Part shown: piece after piece, positions 38,389-43,747 of the stretch
Layout: the number at the start of each line of letters is the position of its first letter
Numbering within the stretch: the stretch's first letter is position 1
Source of the DNA: Flavobacterium sp.
Lineage (GTDB): Bacteria; Bacteroidota; Bacteroidia; Flavobacteriales; Flavobacteriaceae
Direction of reading: 5' to 3'
Assembly (NCBI GenBank): GCA_039933895.1
Contig: JBDTNG010000271.1
Span: 1-43,747 of the forward strand
Length of the DNA: 43,747 nt
The notes under the pieces: generated by a model
Database searches by the model: none
Seen by the model: only the letters and a program-made list of their open reading frames with translations
Told to the model about the DNA's origin: nothing
Position numbers and translations under genes: made by a program

Positions 38389-39660
38389 CTAAACGATAGT
38401 CAAAGCTTCTTCTATAGTTTGGTATACTTTTTCCAACTGCGTATTTGAAATCACATACGGCGGCAAAACATAAACTATATTGCCAACAGGGCGCAAAATG
38501 ATGCCTTTGTCGATGAAGAAATTATACAGTTTGTTGCGTAAATTACCATAATAACTTGCTGCCGATTCCGTCTTAATTTCGAGCGCAAAAATAACGCCGA
38601 GTACACGAGTGGTTTTTATTTTTGGATGGTTTTTAATTTTGTACTGAAAGGCCAAATGTTGTTGATTGATTCTTTGAATATTCTCTTGCATTTCTTCCGA
38701 TTCCAACAATTGCATACTGGCCAAAGCGGCCGCACAACCTGTTGGATTCGCCGTAAATGTATGTCCGTGGAACAAAGCTTTATTGATATCATCATCATAA
38801 AATCCATCGAAAATCTGTTGTGTAAAAGTGGTAATCGCCATTGGAATGGTTCCGCCTGTTAACGCTTTCGACAAGCACATCATATCGGGTTGTGTTTGCA
38901 AATAATCGCAAGCAAAGTTTTTTCCTGTTTTTCCAAAACCGGTCATGACTTCATCGGCAATGGTAAAAACCTGGTGTTCCTTACACATGGTAATCAACAC
39001 ATCCAATGCTGCTGCTTCATACATGACCATGCCTGCAGCACCTTGTACTAAAGGCTCAAAAACAAATCCAGCAAACTCATTAGTGTTCATGCATTTTTCC
39101 AGCGCCTCATAACTGGTTTTCTCATTCCCTTTTGTGGGAACAGGAATACGTATAACTTCGATTAAAGAACCCTGGAAAGCTTCCGTAAAAAAGGAAATGC
39201 CACTGGCAGCCATGGCGGCAAAAGTATCTCCATGAAAAGCATTTTCGAAGGCTATTATCTTAGTTCGTTTTTCTCCTTTGTTGTAAAAATATTGTAGCGC
39301 TACTTTAATCGCAATTTCTACAGCAGTTGACCCATTATCGGAAAAAAACAATTTCTTTTGGTTGTTGGGCAAAATGGTCATTAATTTCTCCGCCACTTGC
39401 ACCGCCGGCTCGTGTGTGAAACCACCAAACAAAACATGTTCTAAAGTCATGAGTTGTTTGTAAATGGCGTCTGCGATAAAAGTGTTGGAATGTCCATACG
39501 GATTCACCCACCAAGAAGCAATCGCATCGATGTATTCTTTACCGTTTTCGTCCCAAAGCAAGGCTGCTTTCCCTTTCGTAATAGCAATGTGAGGTTGGGC
39601 AGTTTTATGTTGTGTATAGGGATGCCAATTGTACTGGATGTCTCTTTCGGATAAATTCAT
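38389..39660 (-). CDS. bioA: Adenosylmethionine--8-amino-7-oxononanoate aminotransferase
   Basis: WHPYTQ, DAIASWW, SDNGSTAVE, FHGDT, IADEVMTGFGKTG, LSKALTGG and HGHTF motifs. Confidence 0.98.
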   Translation of the reverse strand: MNLSERDIQYNWHPYTQHKTAQPHIAITKGKAALLWDENGKEYIDAIASWWVNPYGHSNTFIADAIYKQLMTLEHVLFGGFTHEPAVQVAEKLMTILPNNQKKLFFSDNGSTAVEIAIKVALQYFYNKGEKRTKIIAFENAFHGDTFAAMAASGISFFTEAFQGSLIEVIRIPVPTKGNEKTSYEALEKCMNTNEFAGFVFEPLVQGAAGMVMYEAAALDVLITMCKEHQVFTIADEVMTGFGKTGKNFACDYLQTQPDMMCLSKALTGGTIPMAITTFTQQIFDGFYDDDINKALFHGHTFTANPTGCAAALASMQLLESEEMQENIQRINQQHLAFQYKIKNHPKIKTTRVLGVIFALEIKTESAASYYGNLRNKLYNFFIDKGIILRPVGNIVYVLPPYVISNTQLEKVYQTIEEALTIV

Positions 39661-39674
39661 TTTTTCTTAGATAA

Positions 39675-39748
39675 AAGAAGAAAGAGACAAGAGGAAAGAT
39701 TAATCCTTACGGAAATCTTGATTCTTGATTCTTGCTTCTTGATTCTTC
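39675..39748. repeat. Degenerate heptamer repeats (ATTCTTG-like) with a purine-rich complementary block
   Basis: aatcttg-attcttg-attcttg-cttcttg-attctt at 39714-39747, preceded by aagaagaaagagacaagag. Confidence 0.7.
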
Positions 39749-40375
39749 TTATAAACTCAATAGATTGTCTCTAAATTTATCGGCGTAATATTGTATTACA
39801 TTGGAATCAAAGTACGGTTCTTCTTCAATTCTTCCAATTAATTTGAGTCCTGTTTTCTTTAAAATAATAGCTTCTGAAGATGCATTTTCATCACCGGAAA
39901 AAATAATCCCAGCCACCGTCAGTTTTCTGTTTTGTAATGCTTCAACTGTAAGTAACGTATGGTTGATGCTTCCCAAATAATGTCTGGAAACCACAATAAT
40001 TTTGTAGTCTTTTTGAATCAAATCAATAACCGAATCGGTATCATTTAACGGAACAAGAATACCTCCAGCGCCTTCAATGACCAAATTGTTTTTAGTAGCA
40101 GGTTCTTTTATTTTTTTAAGATCCAAAGCAATTCCATCTAAGGCTGCAGCCAAATGTGGACTCGCTGGTGTATTCAATTGATAGCTGTTTTCGTGCACTA
40201 CCGTTTTGTCATTCGAAATGTAATTCTTAATTTTATGACTGTCCGAGTATTCTAAATCTCCCGCTTGTATGGGTTTCCAATAATCGGCCTCTAGCGCTTC
40301 TGTGATGATGGCAGATGCAATAGTTTTGCCTACATCAGTTGATATTCCCGTAATAAATAGTTTTGTTGTTTTCAC
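39749..40375 (-). CDS. bioD: Dethiobiotin synthase
   Basis: TGISTDVGKT, YWKPIQAG, SPHLAA, EGAGG and LGSINHTLLT motifs; GTG start. Confidence 0.97.
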   Translation of the reverse strand: MKTTKLFITGISTDVGKTIASAIITEALEADYWKPIQAGDLEYSDSHKIKNYISNDKTVVHENSYQLNTPASPHLAAALDGIALDLKKIKEPATKNNLVIEGAGGILVPLNDTDSVIDLIQKDYKIIVVSRHYLGSINHTLLTVEALQNRKLTVAGIIFSGDENASSEAIILKKTGLKLIGRIEEEPYFDSNVIQYYADKFRDNLLSL

Positions 40376-40400
40376 GCAGATTTTGGCAGGGGCGCCTATT

Positions 40401-40820
40401 TTAATTATTTATATCAAATTCGAAATGACAAGAATCACATTTGTATTTGTGCTTGGCATGAAAGGGTAATAGCGCAATAAGCATTGTAAAAATAAACGAC
40501 AAAAACGATTTGACATCAGTAATTGAAGTGACCATATCAACCTGTTTTTCACCACATCTTGGACATTGAATTAACTCATTGTTTGCATCTAATGAATATT
40601 GGCTAATTCCTGAAAGAATGTGTGTGGCTTTCAGAAGGTCTTTATTCATTACAAACAATTTCACACCGCCTACCGCATTACTATAGATTGGATTAGAATC
40701 TACCGTATTGTTGTCGCGCATAAAAACTTCAATGCCTTCTGATTCTAATTTTCCTTTGAAAATAACAGCTTCAGAAGAATATTGAAAAGTGGCTATTTTT
40801 TGAAAAGTGGTTTCGTCCAT
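40401..40820 (-). CDS. DUF2007-like protein with a split zinc ribbon around a hydrophobic segment
   Basis: EAVIFKGKLESEGIEVF...GGVKLFV...DLLKA; CPRCG...TM...CDSC. Start set at ATG 40820. Confidence 0.82.
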   Translation of the reverse strand: MDETTFQKIATFQYSSEAVIFKGKLESEGIEVFMRDNNTVDSNPIYSNAVGGVKLFVMNKDLLKATHILSGISQYSLDANNELIQCPRCGEKQVDMVTSITDVKSFLSFIFTMLIALLPFHAKHKYKCDSCHFEFDINN

Positions 40821-40824
40821 AATA

Positions 40825-41970
40825 TTAAAAAACAAAGTTACTCAACAATTGCAATACTTTAGAGATTTCTTCTTTAGAATTATAACTGTGGAGGCAAATT
40901 CGAAGTCTTTCTTGTCCTTCTGGAACTGTTGGTGATAAAATAGCTTTGACATCAAACCCTTTTACCTGCATTTGTTGTGCTATCGATTTGACCTTTTCAT
41001 TTCCAGGAATGATAGCCGATTGTATGGAAGATTTACTTCTGACGAATATCGGTTTCAATCCCAATAAATTCTTCTCTTGATTGAAGTGAATAATGTTTTC
41101 GCGAAGCTGATTTATATTTTGCCCTTCGGTTTCTAAACTTTGGTATGCCACTAAAATGGTCGCTATCGAATGTGGCGGAAGTCCAGTTGTATAGACAAAA
41201 CTTCGGGCAAAATTGACCAAATAGTCTTTCAATTCCTGACTTCCTAAAATAGCAGCACCGTGACAACCCAATCCTTTTCCAAAAGTCATGATTCGGGCAA
41301 AAATTTGACTCTGAAGTCCCAAACTCTGAATTAATCCTTCTCCTTTGTCACCAAAAACACCTAAAGCATGGGCTTCATCAACCACCAGAAGGGTATTGTA
41401 TTTTTGTGTCAATTCGGTCATTCTTTCCAAATCCGGGCAATCGCCATCCATAGAAAAAATGCTTTCTGTAACAATATAAATTTCGCTTTCTTCCGATTTA
41501 AATTTTTGAATCAAATGCTCTAAATCCTCCAAATCGTTATGCTCAAACTTATAAGATTTTGCGTTCGATAATTGAATGCCATCGCGAATGGAAGCATGAC
41601 ACAACGTATCGTATAGAATCACATCGCTTCGCTGTGGAACAGAACTAAAAAATCCAACATTCGCATCGTAACCGGAGTTAAACAATAGGGCTGATTCAGT
41701 TTGATGAAAATTAGAAATAAAAGATTCAGTTTCCGGATATAATGTATGATTTCCGGAAAGTAAACGCGAACCGGTAGCACCGTTAGTTTTGATATTCCTA
41801 TCAAGTAAGAGTTGGTGTGTTTTTTGGAAAATAGTTTCAGAATGCGAAAATCCCAAATAATCATTAGACGCAAAATCGATAAGATCTTTGGAAGACGGTA
41901 AAGTACGCAAGGCATTGTTTTGCTTGCGTTGGTCTAATTTTATTTGGAGTGATTTTGGAAATTGTTTCAT
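40825..41970 (-). CDS. bioF: 8-amino-7-oxononanoate synthase
   Basis: DFASNDYLG, GSRLLSG, SGYDAN, HASIRDG, ESIFSMDGD, DEAHA, TFGKG and PTVPEGQERLR motifs. Start set at ATG 41970. Confidence 0.95.
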   Translation of the reverse strand: MKQFPKSLQIKLDQRKQNNALRTLPSSKDLIDFASNDYLGFSHSETIFQKTHQLLLDRNIKTNGATGSRLLSGNHTLYPETESFISNFHQTESALLFNSGYDANVGFFSSVPQRSDVILYDTLCHASIRDGIQLSNAKSYKFEHNDLEDLEHLIQKFKSEESEIYIVTESIFSMDGDCPDLERMTELTQKYNTLLVVDEAHALGVFGDKGEGLIQSLGLQSQIFARIMTFGKGLGCHGAAILGSQELKDYLVNFARSFVYTTGLPPHSIATILVAYQSLETEGQNINQLRENIIHFNQEKNLLGLKPIFVRSKSSIQSAIIPGNEKVKSIAQQMQVKGFDVKAILSPTVPEGQERLRICLHSYNSKEEISKVLQLLSNFVF

Positions 41971-41974
41971 AGGG

Positions 41975-42472
41975 TTATTTTTCAATCCATTTTGAATCAC
42001 CTTTCACAGTGGCATCTAACAAATCTAAATTTAATTTATCTGAGAATTTTTTACCACATTCGAAAGCTTGCTCAAATTTTTCAAAGCTGTCTATACCAAG
42101 ATGTTTATTCTTTTTATACCACAGATTTACCTCATGTTCTTCTGAACTTGTATTCCTGAACACTGAAATATATTTTAAATCAGTAATCCTTTCAGCATCA
42201 AATTTCAATGTTCCAATACTAAATTCAATTTTGAGACTTTTGCTTTTAACATCTAAGATTATTGTTCTGATTGTAGAAAAAATTACTGCTCCCAAAATCA
42301 ACAATAACCCCAACTCAAGAAATCTATTCCCTACAGCAATCCATCTGATAGACCAATAATGAAACACTAAATAAAAAACATAAATTGAGCACGTATATAG
42401 AATTGAAGCTAAAACGAGTTGCCAAAAAGGCTTTTTATTTTTACTTATTATTATCTCTTCTGGGGTTTTCAT
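41975..42472 (-). CDS. Hypothetical membrane protein (two TM helices plus a beta-rich C-terminal domain)
   Basis: 165 aa; ends 4 nt before the bioF ATG. Confidence 0.75.
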   Translation of the reverse strand: MKTPEEIIISKNKKPFWQLVLASILYTCSIYVFYLVFHYWSIRWIAVGNRFLELGLLLILGAVIFSTIRTIILDVKSKSLKIEFSIGTLKFDAERITDLKYISVFRNTSSEEHEVNLWYKKNKHLGIDSFEKFEQAFECGKKFSDKLNLDLLDATVKGDSKWIEK

Positions 42473-42477
42473 GAGTA

Positions 42478-42485
42478 CAAATATA
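42478..42485 (-). promoter_or_regulatory. Bacteroidota -7 element heading the bioF cluster
   Basis: Minus strand TATATTTG, 6 nt before the ATG at 42472. Confidence 0.55.
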
Positions 42486-42503
42486 TTAAAGGTGCTGGGA
42501 ATT

Positions 42504-42605
42504 TAGCCCAGATAGCAGCGGCATCCTTTTTCTTTTTGTCATTGCGAGGAGGAACGACATGGCAATCTAAAAGTAAAAGATAGAGCGGATAACTGGAATA
42601 GCTCC
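42504..42605 (+). ncRNA. Structured element resembling the Flavo-1 RNA motif, copy B, with REP-like insert
   Basis: tagcccagatagcagcggcatcctttt...aaaagatagagcggataactggaatagctcc. Confidence 0.6.
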
Positions 42606-42637
42606 TAAAAAAACCTTAGCTTTTCAAAAGGTAATTA

Positions 42638-43111
42638 TTAAAATCTAACGCTTAATTTTTTGATTTTTTTAGCTGCATCGACTTCAGCAAATAAGATAGC
42701 GCTAGAATCTTTGACTTTGAAACGGGGATCACCGAAATAATCGAATTCGGATCTTTCGAATTTAGTAATCATTTGCGCTAAAGTGATACCAACTGACGCA
42801 GTGTTTAACTTCCATTTTGCGTTGGTAATACTCAGATTACTAATCTTGTCGTTTTGCATTTCGATAACCAAACCATCGAAAGTAAAAGTAAAAATAGGCT
42901 CTTCTTTATCATCTGGAAGTTCTTTATCCAATGTTATGGCTTTACCTAATATGGCTTCAATTTTCTGGACAGAATTCTTCTCGCAAATATTGATGCTTTT
43001 ATTTGTTTTAGTGTTTGTTAATAGCAATTTGCAGGTTGCTTGTTGGTTTTTAAAGCTGGACAAAAAACAGCTCAAAACAACGACTAGGATAGCAAGTATT
43101 TTTGTTTTCAT
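42638..43111 (-). CDS. Hypothetical exported protein
   Basis: Signal-peptide-like MKTKILAILVVVLSCFLSSF; start set at ATG 43111. Confidence 0.72.
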   Translation of the reverse strand: MKTKILAILVVVLSCFLSSFKNQQATCKLLLTNTKTNKSINICEKNSVQKIEAILGKAITLDKELPDDKEEPIFTFTFDGLVIEMQNDKISNLSITNAKWKLNTASVGITLAQMITKFERSEFDYFGDPRFKVKDSSAILFAEVDAAKKIKKLSVRF

Positions 43112-43139
43112 GGTATTAATTTTTTCTAAAATAAAAATA

Positions 43140-43170
43140 TAAAAAAAGCCAAACAATACTGCTTGGCTTT
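43140..43170 (-). terminator. Terminator of atpD-atpC
   Basis: aaagccaa...ttggcttt with an A-run that gives a U-tract on the minus strand. Confidence 0.75.
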
Positions 43171-43191
43171 CTCTTTTTATTTTGAATTGTT

Positions 43192-43473
43192 TTAGTCGGC
43201 TAAAACAATTACTTTATTGTCATTCATTTCGATAGTTCCAGAATTGATTGGTAACCAAAATGTCTGTTCGTTAATTTTATTGAATTTAGCTGCAAATTCT
43301 TTAGCTATTTTCAAGTTTGAACCTACAATTTTTACGTTTCCTTCTTTCAACAACGACACGATTGGTGCGTGGTTATTAAGCATTTGGAACTCACCATCTA
43401 CTCCTGGAACAGCTACTGAAGTAACTTCTCCTGAAAATAAGGTGGCTTCTGGTGATACTATTTCTAAAATCAT
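43192..43473 (-). CDS. atpC: ATP synthase F1 epsilon subunit (short form, beta-sandwich only)
   Basis: LEIVSPE, VPGVDGEFQMLNNHAPIVSLL motifs; ends at VIVLAD. Confidence 0.95.
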   Translation of the reverse strand: MILEIVSPEATLFSGEVTSVAVPGVDGEFQMLNNHAPIVSLLKEGNVKIVGSNLKIAKEFAAKFNKINEQTFWLPINSGTIEMNDNKVIVLAD

Positions 43474-43484
43474 ACTTTAATTGA

Positions 43485-43747
43485 TTAAGCTTCCGCTAAC
43501 ATTTTTTGTCCAGCTTCGATAGCATCTTCGATAGTACCTTTAAGGTTGAACGCTGCTTCAGGAAGGTGATCTAATTCACCATCGATAATCATGTTAAATC
43601 CTTTGATAGTATCTTTAATATCAACCAATACCCCTGGAATACCAGTAAATTGCTCAGCAACGTGGAATGGTTGAGACAAGAAACGTTGTACACGACGTGC
43701 TCTTGATACAGATAATTTATCTTCTTCAGATAATTCTTCCATACCTA
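43485..43747 (-). CDS. atpD: ATP synthase F1 beta subunit, C-terminal part (5' end outside the window)
   Basis: ELSEEDK...[21 protein letters not shown]...LPEAAF. Confidence 0.97.
   Translation of the reverse strand, partial: GMEELSEEDKLSVSRARRVQRFLSQPFHVAEQFTGIPGVLVDIKDTIKGFNMIIDGELDHLPEAAFNLKGTIEDAIEAGQKMLAEA

Noticed and set aside
38281-42605. Composite transposon around the bio genes
   Set aside because: The flanking elements are only about 100 nt and diverged, with no transposase or visible target-site duplication.
335-43480. Many short ORFs antisense to or nested in real genes (e.g. 12161..12583, 31903..32361, 36077..36268, 42783..43142)
   Set aside because: Shadows of well-supported genes, with no recognisable motifs.

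Overview
AT-rich chromosomal segment from a Flavobacteriaceae-like bacterium (Bacteroidota), judged from TAnnTTTG promoters, T9SS cargo proteins and gene content. It holds housekeeping genes (ribF, rbfA, dusB, lepA, thiL, trpS, recA, recX, atpC, partial atpD, mce, tRNA-Ile2), a split biotin pathway (bioB alone; bioF-DUF2007-bioD-bioA about 30 kb away), five T9SS-type secreted proteins, a WYL regulator with two DinB-superfamily genes, and a lipoprotein/ECF sigma/anti-sigma module. I saw no integrase, transposase, CRISPR array or rRNA. The best candidate for an undescribed system is a FabF-type ketoacyl synthase next to bioA. It keeps the Cys-His-His triad but has Arg at the FabF Ile108 acyl-pocket position, which suggests a BioC/BioH-independent route to the pimeloyl precursor. 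Other notable signals are a putative envelope-spanning anti-sigma with a 3x111-bp linker expansion, a WYL operator with PafBC-like promoter geometry, a uORF/alternative-hairpin leader before a MATE pump, and two structured Flavo-1-like elements with a nested REP-like insert. All family calls come from motif recognition by eye, not database searches.
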